NCBI GenBank assembly: GCA_965203515.1
Contig: OZ241907.1
Location: 608,001 to 672,000, forward strand
Reading direction: 5' to 3'
DNA from: Spirochaetia bacterium
GTDB taxonomy: Bacteria; Spirochaetota; Spirochaetia; SZUA-6; Bin103
Length of the DNA stretch: 64,000 nt
Shown here: positions 10,501 through 19,618 of the stretch, one piece after another
Layout of the letters: each line of letters begins with the position of its first letter
How positions within the stretch are numbered: the stretch's first letter is position 1
Program-made: the position numbers and the translations under genes
Notes under the pieces: generated by a model
What the model was told of the DNA's origin: nothing
Databases searched by the model: none
The model's input: only the letters and a program-made list of their open reading frames with translations

Positions 10501-11028
10501 CGCTTCCGGCACTATCACGAGACCTTCTACCGTTCGGTCGAGGTCGCCAGCGTGACGCCCTTCGCCGCCCGCGCCCTGGACCGCGGCTTTGCCGGCGCGC
10601 TGGTGGCGCTCGCCCGCCACGCCCGCCCGTCGATGACGCCGCCGGCCGGGGTCGAAGCAATCGAGTCCGAACGCGCGGCGCTCGAACGACTGCTGCTCGA
10701 GGTCTTTCACGCCCGCATCGACGAGCAGCCGATGCAGGACGATGCCGAACGCGCCGAACGGCGGCGCAGCATCCGCAACCGCGTCGGCGAACTGCTCGAC
10801 TCCTGGCTCACGATCCTCGGCGATTACCGCAGCGGCGGCGTCCCGATGCAGTATCAGAAATACGAGGAGCCGCGCAGAAGGCCGCTCCTGCGCGAGATGC
10901 TGGACACCGACTTCGAGTCCGACCACCACCGGAAGTTCCGCGCCAACCGCTCGTTGCGCGACGTAGAACCGCAGGTGAACCTGTTCCTGCAGGACCTGTC
11001 CAGCCGGCTCACCGACGAAATAACATGA
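7531..11028 (+). CDS. drmA: DISARM helicase DrmA
   Basis: DLIGP N-terminus, FPTGGGKTEAY, QDELHLISGPLG, ATNMISVGLDI, YIQATSRVGR, SLRDVEP; followed by drmB and drmC. Confidence 0.93.
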   Translation: MTQPADVRSRLREALGLDLIGPGADHALADERLPGWVRPSNWYLTGFLVPRGAPAEQRADDDAEDDFEPEVADEAGLGDDSTEDRRAAKKGFFPSSIGLSFLVAEDVGELDVTVRWGDYRLVEDEARSGEDEAAAAGNGDSPNGEPSGAAASAGDEAAAAAGRDGASKCWQRTPREVAVRVALPAAGRKRHAVPGSRGLILHAVARPVNAARFAARIPPGTRSVSLFLVNERPPAADRGDEAFAFQAALEVRGAAPFVPRPDPRGGSGDDRDARVADLHYAGTPEYAAGHGVAADWELTGGACRLLRTAWIPAAEVEKTETVEVPGVELAMSALGDLPDGTAAEQALTPLVTGYRAWIDDREAALTGLTGERRDTAEDLLFLARAAADRIERGIRALAGDADALDAFRVANRAVDKALARRLSREGVAGLPRWRAFQLAFLLLNVPGLADPASPEREFVDLLFFPTGGGKTEAYLGLAAFAMVLRRLRNPQDGGRAGAGVSVIMRYTLRLLTLDQLGRAAGLVCALELERRADPGRYGEWPFEIGLWVGKAGTPNRLGQKGDGRSDSARSKVSQYKSNPQGKPAPIPLESCPWCGEPFTPDSFTLLPDSDRPTELRIVCVDWECDFAGDAPLPIVAVDEPLYRRLPAFLIATVDKFASLPWVGESGALLGGADRHDGAGFYGAAEPRRGRPLSGPLLPPDLVIQDELHLISGPLGTMAGLYEAAFEALCARPIDGRPVKPKIVASTATVRHADQQIQGLFGRQTTHVFPPPGPERGDSFFARTMPAAQRNAREYAGIAAQGRNPKEAMRRVLLALMGAAERAWREAGGPRNRDNPADPYMTVLGYFNSLRELGGARRILEEEVQNTLKRYGDRRRLGEAPGQGLFRDRTSFSDVVELTSRVSTDRVAEARRRLQTTFHDRRQRVDCAIATNMISVGLDIQRLGLMLVYGQPKTNSEYIQATSRVGRDDRRPGLVVTLYNVHRPRDRSHYERFRHYHETFYRSVEVASVTPFAARALDRGFAGALVALARHARPSMTPPAGVEAIESERAALERLLLEVFHARIDEQPMQDDAERAERRRSIRNRVGELLDSWLTILGDYRSGGVPMQYQKYEEPRRRPLLREMLDTDFESDHHRKFRANRSLRDVEPQVNLFLQDLSSRLTDEIT

Positions 11029-11044
11029 CCAGGAGGTTGAGCCA

Positions 11045-12169
11045 ATGAAGCTATTGTGCCTCAAGGCGAAGAACTATCGCAGTCTGCGCGACGTGAGCAT
11101 CGATCTGGAGGACTTCAACGTGTTCATCGGCGCCAACGCTTCGGGCAAGAGCACCATACTCGACGCGCTTCGCTTCCTTAACGACGGAGTGCATGCGCGT
11201 GACTTCGAAGGAGCGGTGTTTTCGAGAGGCGGCATCCTCAATCTTGCCTGGAAGGGGGAGCAAGCACATCAGATCGACCTGGCGGTGACCCTGCAGGAAG
11301 ATGGAGAGCGAATCGAATGGTCGGTCCAGATCACCAGGCAAGGTTTTCAGTTCCACGTAGCGGAGCGCGTTGAGCGGTTCCCGCCACAGTCCCCGCCGTC
11401 CGTATTGTTGGAGGCCGATCGCGGCGACGGTTGGTGGTGGTCTGGCAGCACCAATGAACGAGTCGAGCTGAAGCAGTCGTCGACCGCTTGCGCGCTGGCG
11501 GCAGCTTCTGCGGATGCGAACTTTCCCGCTCGTGATATTGCGAATTTCGTCCGCCGATGGGGATTCTTCGATCCGAATCCGTTCCTGCTCCGACGTGACT
11601 GGAGCGGCTTGGAGTCGAGCCGGTTCGATCATTACGGACGCAACTTGGCCGAGACACTCTATGCCCTGGCTCCCGACGTCAGAGAGCGGATCCGGTCGGC
11701 GACTCATGATATCGTCGGTCTTCCGACAGAGATAGATACCCGCGAGACCGAAGATCGCTTCTACTTCGTGCAAAAGGAGGAGGACCTGGAGTTCTCCGTA
11801 CATCAAATGGGCGTATCCAGCGGCACGTTGCGTATGCTGGCGCTGATGACGGCGCTTCACGGAGAACCGGGAGCCAACCTGCTGGGCATCGAGGAGCCGG
11901 AGAACTACGTCCATCCGAGCGCATTGTCCGCCTTCGTCGACTATCTGCGTGATACGCGTGAGCGAGTGCAGTTCATGGTGACCACCCACTCGCCGTTGCT
12001 GCTCGACCTGTTGGACGATCCTGCAGTTGTGTGCGTCGTTCAACGCCAGGGCGGGCAAGGTACGGCGGTGAGCCGGCAGAGCAACGCCGACGGCATACGC
12101 AGGGCGCTCGATGAATCGGGATTCAGCCTCGGCGAGTACTACCAAACGAAGGGGTTCGGGGAGACCTGA
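11045..12169 (+). CDS. ABC/AAA_21-type ATPase (AbiEii/OLD/AriA-like)
   Basis: NYRSL, GANASGKS Walker A, VSSGTLRMLAL signature, IEEPENYVHP Walker B, TTHSP; AGGAGG RBS. Confidence 0.9.
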   Translation: MKLLCLKAKNYRSLRDVSIDLEDFNVFIGANASGKSTILDALRFLNDGVHARDFEGAVFSRGGILNLAWKGEQAHQIDLAVTLQEDGERIEWSVQITRQGFQFHVAERVERFPPQSPPSVLLEADRGDGWWWSGSTNERVELKQSSTACALAAASADANFPARDIANFVRRWGFFDPNPFLLRRDWSGLESSRFDHYGRNLAETLYALAPDVRERIRSATHDIVGLPTEIDTRETEDRFYFVQKEEDLEFSVHQMGVSSGTLRMLALMTALHGEPGANLLGIEEPENYVHPSALSAFVDYLRDTRERVQFMVTTHSPLLLDLLDDPAVVCVVQRQGGQGTAVSRQSNADGIRRALDESGFSLGEYYQTKGFGET

Positions 12170-12170
12170 C

Positions 12171-12764
12171 ATGGCTCGTAACGTCGTAGTTATCGCCTCA
12201 GGGATGACCGAAAGTCGTTCGCTGCCGCATCTTGTATCACATCTTCGAATGCAGGGCACGACGGTCGACGACGTGCGCATTCCACCGAACCACAAAGCTC
12301 TCAAGCCGATGATGTCCACAAGGATTATCAGGTCGGTCTGGGAAGAAAACATCGATTCTCAGCCTCAGAAGATCGTCCTCTTGGTCGATGTAGACGGGAA
12401 GGTTCCTGGGAACGTCGTTGAGGAACACCGGAGTGAACATACCAAGCGATTACCCGATGAAATCAGGTCGAGGTTGCAGTACGCCTATGCGCAGTGGCAC
12501 CTCGAAGCATGGTATTTTGCCGATACCGAGAACCTCCAAGCATACCTTCAACGGGACCTGGGCAACGTCGATGCTTCGAAGCCGGACGAGATCCAGAATC
12601 CCAAGCTCCATCTGAAGCATTTACTACCGCGAACCTACACCGCCCGTGTCTCCGAGGAGATCGCCCGCACGCTGAACCCGCGGACGATCGCGGGCCGGAG
12701 TCCCAGTTTCAAGGGCTTTGTGGACGCGGTGTTGAACGGCACCGCTCGCGGGAGCGGCTCGTGA
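12171..12764 (+). CDS. DUF4276-like TOPRIM-fold partner of the ATPase
   Basis: VVIASGMTE, LLVDVDG (DxD), HLEAWYFAD, PDEIQNPK and SPSFKGF motifs; stop overlaps the drmB start (GTGA). Confidence 0.75.
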   Translation: MARNVVVIASGMTESRSLPHLVSHLRMQGTTVDDVRIPPNHKALKPMMSTRIIRSVWEENIDSQPQKIVLLVDVDGKVPGNVVEEHRSEHTKRLPDEIRSRLQYAYAQWHLEAWYFADTENLQAYLQRDLGNVDASKPDEIQNPKLHLKHLLPRTYTARVSEEIARTLNPRTIAGRSPSFKGFVDAVLNGTARGSGS

Positions 12765-14554
12765 ACGGGAGGGCGGACGGGCAGGTGCGCCGCAGCCAGG
12801 TGATCACGACGTTCGGGCCGGGAGCGCTGATCGATTTGCCGGACGACTCGGCGATCGTGGGCGGGCTCGACACCTGGGGCAGCGAATCCATCCTGGAACC
12901 GATCGAGGAGCCGCGCCTCGCGGCCAAGCTGGCGGACATGACCGGCGTGGCCGCGCCGCGGCTGTATGCGCCGCCGCCGGAGCCGGACCATCCGCAGGAC
13001 CGCCAGCGTGGCATCGGCGGGTGGCGGTTTCCCGAGTGGTTCATCGTCCAGGAGAACCCCCGTGACGGAGCGCCGACCAGCTCGCGCTCGCGGCGCATGG
13101 TGCACCGCACCGCGCTCGACCGGGGCAGGTTCGACCGGCGGCCGGTGGTGGCGACCCGGTTCGTGCGGGCGTGCGCCCGCGGTCATGTCGACGACATCGA
13201 CTGGCATCGCTTCGTCCACGGTCCGGACGACCCGTGCCGCCGGCAGCTCTGGCTCGACGAACGCGGCACCAGCGGCGATCTGGCCGAACAGATCGTGCGC
13301 TGCGAGTGCGGCAAGGCGCGGCGTATGCACGCAGCAATGGACGTGGCGATCCGGCCCCTCGGCGCCTGCAGCGGCGCCCGGCCCTGGCTGGGCCGCCACG
13401 CCAACGAGCGGTGCGACCAGCCGAGCCGGCTGCTGATCCGCACCGCGTCGAACGCCTGGTTTCCGCAGGTGCTGAGCGTGCTCTCGCTGCCCGACCGCGG
13501 CACCGAAGTCGAGCGAGCGGTCGAAGAGCTCTGGCAACACCTGCAGATCGTCGCCGACGCGGCGCAACTCGGCTTCGTGAAGCGATACCCCGGCGTGGCG
13601 GACCACCTGGCGGCGTTCTCGGACGACGAAGTGCTCGCCGCGATCGACGCCCGGCGTTCCGGCGGCGCGGGCGGCGATCGCCCTATCAAGCACGTCGAGC
13701 TCGATGCGCTCCTTGCCGCCCCCGAGGGGTTCGGCGACGACGTGCCGGTCGATCAGGACTTCCATGCCCGGCGCCTGCCGGAGTCGGTGTGGCTCCGGCC
13801 GCATTGCGCCGGGATCGAGGCGGTCATCCAGGTGCACCGGCTCCGGGAAGTGCTGGCGCTGGCCGGATTCACCCGCCTGGAACCGGTGATGCCCAAGGTG
13901 GACGGGGAGTACGAATCCGAGGTCGAACGGGCCGACATCGCCCTGGAACCGCAGTGGTTCCCGGCGGTGGAGAATCGCGGGGAAGGCATCTTCATCCAGC
14001 TCCAGGCCGGCGCGGTGACCGACTGGCTCGGCCGGCGGCCGGTGCGGGAACGGTTGGACCAACTGCTCGCCGGACACGCTGCCTGGGCGCGTGGGCGCAC
14101 CAGCGAGCGGCTCTTTCCCGGCGGCCCGTACGTGCTGCTGCACACGCTCGCCCACCTGCTCCTCCAGTCCCTTTCCATGCACTGCGGTTATCCCGCCGCC
14201 TCGATCCAGGAACGGATCTACGCGGACGACGCCGGCGAGCGCTACGCCCTGCTGCTGTATACCGCCAGCCCCGACGCCGAGGGCACGCTGGGCGGTCTGG
14301 TGCAGGAGGCGCGCCGCGTCGTCTACCATCTGGAATCCGCGTTGGAGTCGGCGGCGCTCTGCTCCAACGATCCGGTGTGCGCCGAGCACCTGCCGGGACA
14401 GAGCATGGAGGAACGCTGGCTGCACGGAGCGGCGTGCCACGGCTGCGCGCTGATCGCGGAGACCTCGTGCGAGATGCGCAACGAATACCTGGACCGCGCG
14501 CTGGTGGCGCCGGCGCTGGGCGCCGCCGGGGCCGCGTTCTTCGGCGCCGCGTGA
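12761..14554 (+). CDS. drmB: DISARM DrmB (DUF1998 / MrfA-type Zn-binding domain)
   Basis: RRSQVITTFGPGA N-terminus; LLHTLAHLL, EGTLGGLV, CSNDPVC...HGAACHGC...ETSCE..N..LDR. Confidence 0.93.
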   Translation: MNGRADGQVRRSQVITTFGPGALIDLPDDSAIVGGLDTWGSESILEPIEEPRLAAKLADMTGVAAPRLYAPPPEPDHPQDRQRGIGGWRFPEWFIVQENPRDGAPTSSRSRRMVHRTALDRGRFDRRPVVATRFVRACARGHVDDIDWHRFVHGPDDPCRRQLWLDERGTSGDLAEQIVRCECGKARRMHAAMDVAIRPLGACSGARPWLGRHANERCDQPSRLLIRTASNAWFPQVLSVLSLPDRGTEVERAVEELWQHLQIVADAAQLGFVKRYPGVADHLAAFSDDEVLAAIDARRSGGAGGDRPIKHVELDALLAAPEGFGDDVPVDQDFHARRLPESVWLRPHCAGIEAVIQVHRLREVLALAGFTRLEPVMPKVDGEYESEVERADIALEPQWFPAVENRGEGIFIQLQAGAVTDWLGRRPVRERLDQLLAGHAAWARGRTSERLFPGGPYVLLHTLAHLLLQSLSMHCGYPAASIQERIYADDAGERYALLLYTASPDAEGTLGGLVQEARRVVYHLESALESAALCSNDPVCAEHLPGQSMEERWLHGAACHGCALIAETSCEMRNEYLDRALVAPALGAAGAAFFGAA

Positions 14555-15329
14555 TCGACGCGCTGGTTGCCCTGCCGGCGCACACGCGCAGCCGGCTGGC
14601 GCTGGCGCTCGACTCCGGCCTGCTCGCTCCGCCCTACTCGGCGGTCGCCGTCCGCGCCGCAGTCGGCCGCGGCCACCAGGACGCCATCCTGCAGGTGCTC
14701 CGGGAGTGGGAGCGCCGCGGCGTCACGCCGGCGGCGGGCGCCCTCTGGCTGCGCAGCCTGGCGCGCGCCGCCGGCCAGGCGCCGGCGCCTGACTTCGTCT
14801 GGACCGGCCCGGCCGTCGCCGGCCTGCACGCGCGCGACACGCGCCGGGTGTACGACGAGCTGATCGGCTCCGCGCGCCGTTCGATCTGGGTATGCAGCTA
14901 CGCCTTCTTCGACGGGCCGCGCGCGTTCGCGACCCTGGCGCGGCGCCTGGACGCCAACCCGCGGCTCGACGTGACGCTGCTGCTCAACATCGAACGCCGG
15001 CGCGGCGACACGACCGCCGCGACAGCCTGGTGCGCCGCTTCGCGGACCGGTTCTGGGGCGTGTCGTGGCCGGGCGAGGCGCGCCCGCAGGTCTACTACGA
15101 TCCGCGTTCGGTGGCCGACGACGGTCCCGCCGGCGTGCTCCACGCCAAGGCGGTGGTGGCCGACGGCGAGGCGGTGTTCGTCACCTCCGCGAACCTCACC
15201 GAGGCGGCGTTCGACCGCAACGTCGAGCTGGGACTCCTGATCCGGGACCGCACGCTGGCAGAGACCGCGGTGCTGCACTTCCGCACGCTGATCGAGCAGG
15301 GCCTGCTGCGGCTGCTGCCGTCCCCGTAG
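14551..15329 (+). pseudogene. drmC: DISARM DrmC phospholipase-D-family nuclease; one base missing near 15019-15021
   Basis: GTG overlaps the drmB stop; FVWTGP..RDTRRVYDEL in one frame and HAKAVVAD (HKD)..TSANLT..NVELG in the next; the frames join at gccgc|gacagc. Confidence 0.88.
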
Positions 15330-15390
15330 CTGGAAGCTCCCGTAGCCTGGAAGCTGCCGTAGCGGGAACGCTGCCGTAGCGGGAACGCTG
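15324..15390. repeat. Four tandem 16-17 bp hairpin units (ccgtagcgggaacgctg)
   Basis: Units read directly from the sequence; the last two are identical and fold as gtagcg-GGAA-cgctgc. Confidence 0.85.
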
Positions 15391-15407
15391 CTATGCTCGC
15401 CGCCGTG

Positions 15408-16628
15408 ATGAAACGTCCCGCCCTGGTCATCCTGCTCGGCGCCGTCACGGTGGCCGTCGCCATGGGAGCCCGCCAGTCGTTCGGGCTGTTCCTGCAGCCG
15501 GTCTCGGCCACCCTGTCCACGGGGCGCGAGACGTTCAGCCTCTCGATGGCGGTCCAGAACATCCTGTTCGGGCTGCCGCTGGCCGGCATGATCGCCGACC
15601 GTATCGGGCCGCGCTGGGTGGTGGCGGTCGGCGCCGTCGTCTACGCCCTGGGGTTCGCGCTGCTGTCGCTGGCCGCCTCGGCCGCCACCCTCTACCTGGG
15701 ACTGGGCGTGATGGTCGGCCTGGCGCTCAGCGCGACCTCGTACGTGGTGATTCTGGGCGCCGTGGCGCAGGTCGTTCCGGCGGAGCGGCGGGGAACCGCC
15801 TTCGGCATCATCACCGCGGCGGGATCGTTCGGGACCTTCGCCGTGGTGCCGGCCATGCAGTGGCTGATCGGCGCCGTGCAGTGGCAGACGACCCTGCTGT
15901 ACGCCGCCCTGGCGGTCGGAGCGATCGCGTTGCTGGCGGTCGGCTTCCCGGTCCGATCCTCGCCATCGGCCGACTCAGGCGCGCCGTCCAACGTCGAGGA
16001 CCAGATGAGCTTGGGGACCGTGATGCGCCGGGCGGGCACGCACTCGGGCTACCTGTTGCTGAACGCCGGCTTCTTCGTGTGCGGATTTCACGTCGCCTTC
16101 ATCGCCACCCACCTGCCGTCCTTTCTGGTCGACCAGGGCGTGGCGCAGATGATCGGCGCCGCGGCGCTGTCGCTGATCGGGCTGTTCAACATGCTCGGCT
16201 CGTTCCTGTTCGGCCGTCTGGGCGACCGCTTCCGCAAGAAGCAGCTGCTGAGCCTGCTGTACCTCTCGCGGGCGGCGGCGATCGCCTGCTTCCTGATCGT
16301 CCCGGTCACGAGTGCGACGGCGCTGGTGTTCGCCGCGATCATCGGCTTTCTATGGCTGGCGACGGTACCGCTGACCAGCGGCACCGTGGCGCAGATCTTC
16401 GGCACGCGCCATCTTTCGTCCCTGTACGGGATCGTCTTCCTGTCCCATCAGGTCGGCAGCTTCCTGGGCGTCTGGCTCGGCGGGCGCATCTACGACGCAA
16501 CCGGCTCCTACGTCCCGGTCTGGATCGGCGCGATCGTCCTGGGGGTCGCCGCCGCGATCGTGCACCTGCCGATAAAGGATCAGGCCCTGCCGAGCGAGGG
16601 CCGGCTGGAGCCGGCGCCATCGACGTAA
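15408..16628 (+). CDS. MFS transporter
   Basis: About 12 hydrophobic segments; GMIADRIGPR and GRLGDRFRKK MFS motifs; SHQVGSFLGVWLGG. Confidence 0.92.
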   Translation: MKRPALVILLGAVTVAVAMGARQSFGLFLQPVSATLSTGRETFSLSMAVQNILFGLPLAGMIADRIGPRWVVAVGAVVYALGFALLSLAASAATLYLGLGVMVGLALSATSYVVILGAVAQVVPAERRGTAFGIITAAGSFGTFAVVPAMQWLIGAVQWQTTLLYAALAVGAIALLAVGFPVRSSPSADSGAPSNVEDQMSLGTVMRRAGTHSGYLLLNAGFFVCGFHVAFIATHLPSFLVDQGVAQMIGAAALSLIGLFNMLGSFLFGRLGDRFRKKQLLSLLYLSRAAAIACFLIVPVTSATALVFAAIIGFLWLATVPLTSGTVAQIFGTRHLSSLYGIVFLSHQVGSFLGVWLGGRIYDATGSYVPVWIGAIVLGVAAAIVHLPIKDQALPSEGRLEPAPST

Positions 16629-16670
16629 TCCCGATGACCGTATAGGATGCCGATGCCGGGAGGGGACCAG

Positions 16671-17927
16671 ATGGACAGAATCGCTTCGGTGGAGCGCATC
16701 CTGCTCTGGGTGCCGATGGTCGACCGCATCCGGGTCGAGATGGAGCGCGCGGGAATCCACACGTGGTCGGAAGTCGAGGTGATCCGCGTGACCGCCGATT
16801 CCGGCGTCAGCGGCTGGGGAGAGACGATCCAGAACTACACCTGGGGCCGCGCGGACGCCGCCGATCGGGTGATCGGCCGCTCGCCGTTCGAGCTCTACTG
16901 GGACGACAGCCTGGGCGCCGGCCTGCAGATGGCGGTGCTCGACCTGGCCGGCAAGACGGCCGGCGTGCCGGCGCACCGCCTGCTCGGCGATCAGTTCCGC
17001 AGCCACTGCCCGTTGTCGTTCTGGGACCACGACATGTCCCCGGAGATGTACGAGGCGGAGGCGCGCGAGGCGGTCCGCCTCGGCTACACCTGCATGAAGA
17101 TCAAGACCCGTCCCTGGTGGGACGTGCACGAGACGATCGCGCGCATCTCCGAGGCGACGCCGCCGTGGTTCCGCATCGACGCCGACTGGAACGACTTCCT
17201 CCTCGACGGTCCGACCGCGCTGCCGGTGCTGAGCGCGCTGGAAGCGGCCTTCCCGAAGATCAAGATATACGAGGGGCCGATCCCCGCCGATGACGTCGAC
17301 GGCAACCGGCGGCTGCGCGCGGGGCTGCGCACGCCGATCGCCCATCATTACGCGGAGGCGCGCCAGGGCGTGGCGCGCAGCGAGTACTGCGACGGCTACG
17401 TGATCGGCGGCGGCGTCTCCGCTATCTGCCGGGCAGGCCACTTCGCCGGCGCTGCGCGCATGCCGTTCTTCCTGCAGATGGTCGGCACCGGGTTGACGAC
17501 CTCGCTCTGCCTGCACCTGGGCGCGGTGCTGGCCTCGGCGCGCTGGCCGGCGGTCACCGTGCACGAGCTGTACGAACACCACTTGCTCACGGAGCGCATC
17601 CCGGTCGCCGGCGGCTACGCGGCGGTCCCGACGGCGCCCGGCCTTGGGGTCGAGGTCGACGAAGCGGCGCTCGACCGCTATCGGGTCGAACAGGCGGACC
17701 TGAGTCTGCCGCGCCGGGTGGTCCGGTACCGGCGGCCGTCGGGGCTGACGGTCGACTTCGCGGCCCGGTCCCGGCCCGGGTCGTCGATGTGGAACTACTT
17801 CGCGGCCGGCAACCAGCCCGCGTACGAGCGCGGTGTGGTCACCGAGCTGATCGAAGACGACGGCAGCGCGGAGTTCCATCGGCTGTACGAGCTGACGACA
17901 TCCAACCCGGTCACCGGCACGGGCTGA
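16671..17927 (+). CDS. Mandelate racemase / muconate lactonizing enzyme (enolase superfamily)
   Basis: GVSGWGE, LQMAVLDLAGK..GVPAHRLLG, KIK, RIDADWN, PTAPGLGVEVD; GGAGGGG RBS. Confidence 0.88.
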   Translation: MDRIASVERILLWVPMVDRIRVEMERAGIHTWSEVEVIRVTADSGVSGWGETIQNYTWGRADAADRVIGRSPFELYWDDSLGAGLQMAVLDLAGKTAGVPAHRLLGDQFRSHCPLSFWDHDMSPEMYEAEAREAVRLGYTCMKIKTRPWWDVHETIARISEATPPWFRIDADWNDFLLDGPTALPVLSALEAAFPKIKIYEGPIPADDVDGNRRLRAGLRTPIAHHYAEARQGVARSEYCDGYVIGGGVSAICRAGHFAGAARMPFFLQMVGTGLTTSLCLHLGAVLASARWPAVTVHELYEHHLLTERIPVAGGYAAVPTAPGLGVEVDEAALDRYRVEQADLSLPRRVVRYRRPSGLTVDFAARSRPGSSMWNYFAAGNQPAYERGVVTELIEDDGSAEFHRLYELTTSNPVTGTG

Positions 17928-17948
17928 CGCTCAACCCGGGCGGCATCG

Positions 17949-19547
17949 ATGAGAGCGGCTGACGCGCTGGTGCGCGCCATCGCCGCCGCCGGCGCGCGGC
18001 ACGTCTTCACGCTGTCCGGCAATCAGATCATGTCGGTGTTCGACGCCGCCATCGACACGTCCCTGGAGCTGATCCACGTCCGCCACGAAGCGGCGGCCGT
18101 GCACGCGGCCGACGCCGTCGGCCGGCTGAGCGGCCGGCCCGGCATCGCGCTGGTCACGGCCGGACCGGGGTTCGCCAACACGCTGTCGGCGCTGTACGTG
18201 GCCGCGTGCGCGGAGTCGCCGCTGGTCCTGCTTTCAGGCGCGGCGCCGTCGGGCCGGCCGGGCGCCGGCGCGTTCCAGGAGATGGAGCAGGCCGAGCTGG
18301 CGGCCGCGGTCTGCAAGGCGTCGTGGACCTGCGTCGGTCCGGAACAGGTCGCCGGCGACTTCGTGCGGGCGTGGCGCCGCGCGGCAGCCGGACGTCCGGG
18401 CCCGGTGCACGTGGCGGTGCCGGTCGACGTGCTGGAGTCGGTCGTGAGGACCGCGGAGCCGGTCGAATCGGAAGGGGAGGGGGGCGCGCCGGCGCCGGCC
18501 GCGGTCGACGCGGTGTGTCGGGCGATCGGCGACGCGGCGCGGCCGCTGGTGGTCGTCGGCCCGCCGTACCGGCGCCGGCACGCCGCCGGTGCGGCGCGCC
18601 CGCTGACCGATGCCGGCGTGGCGGTGGTGGCCATGGACAGCCCGCGCGGGCTGCGCGACCCGGCCCTGGGCGCGTTCGCGGAGGCGGTGGCCGAGGCGGA
18701 CCTGGTCGTATTGCTCGGCAAGCGGCTCGATCACCTGCTCGACCTGGGGGCGGCGCCGCCGTTCGCGCCGGGCTGCCGGTTCGTGCAGATCGACCCGGAG
18801 GCGGAGGCGCTGCGCCAGGCGGCGGGCAACGCGGGCGACCGCATGCTGCTGCAGTCTCAGGGCGATCCGCGGCGGTGGGCGGCGGCCATGCGGGAACGGC
18901 TGGCCGGCTCCCCCGATACCGGTTGGCGCGAGGAGGTCGAGGCGGCCGTCGCCTATCGACCCGCCCACTGGCGGGCTATCCGCACCGATTCGCCGGTCCA
19001 TCCGGCGCAGCTCGGCTACGCCGTGCACGACTTCCTGGCCGGTTCGCCCGATTCGGTGTTCGTCTCCGACGGCGGCGAGATCGGGCAGTGGGCGCAGGCG
19101 TGCGTGCGCACCCCGCACCGCATCATCAACGGTCCGTCGGGGGCGATCGGGGCGGCGCTGCCGTTCGCGCTTGCCGCCCGTACGCTGTTTCCTAAGGCAC
19201 GCATCGCCGCCGCGATGGGCGACGGCACGTTCGGGTTCCACGCGCTGGAGATCGACACCGCCGTGCGCCACGACCTGCCGTTCCTGGCGGTGATCGGCAA
19301 CGACGCGCGCTGGAACGCGGAGGTGCAGGTACAGCACCGGAACTATGGGGCAGGTCGGGCCGTCGGCTGCGAGCTGCGCGCCAGCAGCTATGACGGGGTG
19401 GCCCGCGCGCTCGACGCCTACGGCGCCGCGGTCGAATCGGCCGCCGCGCTGCCCGCGGCTCTGGATGCGGCCCATGCGGCCGGCGCCCCCGCCTGCGTCA
19501 ACGTGAGCCTGCAGCCGGTCGCCGCGCCGGTGATCACCCGTCGCTGA
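17949..19547 (+). CDS. Thiamine-pyrophosphate-binding enzyme (acetolactate synthase-like)
   Basis: [23 protein letters not shown] and GDG..N TPP motif. Confidence 0.92.
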   Translation: MRAADALVRAIAAAGARHVFTLSGNQIMSVFDAAIDTSLELIHVRHEAAAVHAADAVGRLSGRPGIALVTAGPGFANTLSALYVAACAESPLVLLSGAAPSGRPGAGAFQEMEQAELAAAVCKASWTCVGPEQVAGDFVRAWRRAAAGRPGPVHVAVPVDVLESVVRTAEPVESEGEGGAPAPAAVDAVCRAIGDAARPLVVVGPPYRRRHAAGAARPLTDAGVAVVAMDSPRGLRDPALGAFAEAVAEADLVVLLGKRLDHLLDLGAAPPFAPGCRFVQIDPEAEALRQAAGNAGDRMLLQSQGDPRRWAAAMRERLAGSPDTGWREEVEAAVAYRPAHWRAIRTDSPVHPAQLGYAVHDFLAGSPDSVFVSDGGEIGQWAQACVRTPHRIINGPSGAIGAALPFALAARTLFPKARIAAAMGDGTFGFHALEIDTAVRHDLPFLAVIGNDARWNAEVQVQHRNYGAGRAVGCELRASSYDGVARALDAYGAAVESAAALPAALDAAHAAGAPACVNVSLQPVAAPVITRR

Positions 19548-19577
19548 GCCAGAACGACCCATATTGCCTTGAACCGA

Positions 19578-19603
19578 GATTCATCGTAAGCGTCCGATTC
19601 ATC
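19578..19603. mobile_element. Putative IS66 footprint: 8-bp direct repeat flanking 10 bp of the IS66 terminus
   Basis: GATTCATC + GTAAGCGTCC + GATTCATC; the core is identical to the ends of the IS66 at 23453-25958. Confidence 0.6.
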
Positions 19604-19618
19604 GGTGAGTCCTTCAGT

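Noticed and set aside
15324..15390. Tandem repeats here and at 49360-49438 as CRISPR arrays
   Set aside because: Units are contiguous with no unique spacers, are too short, and no cas genes are present.
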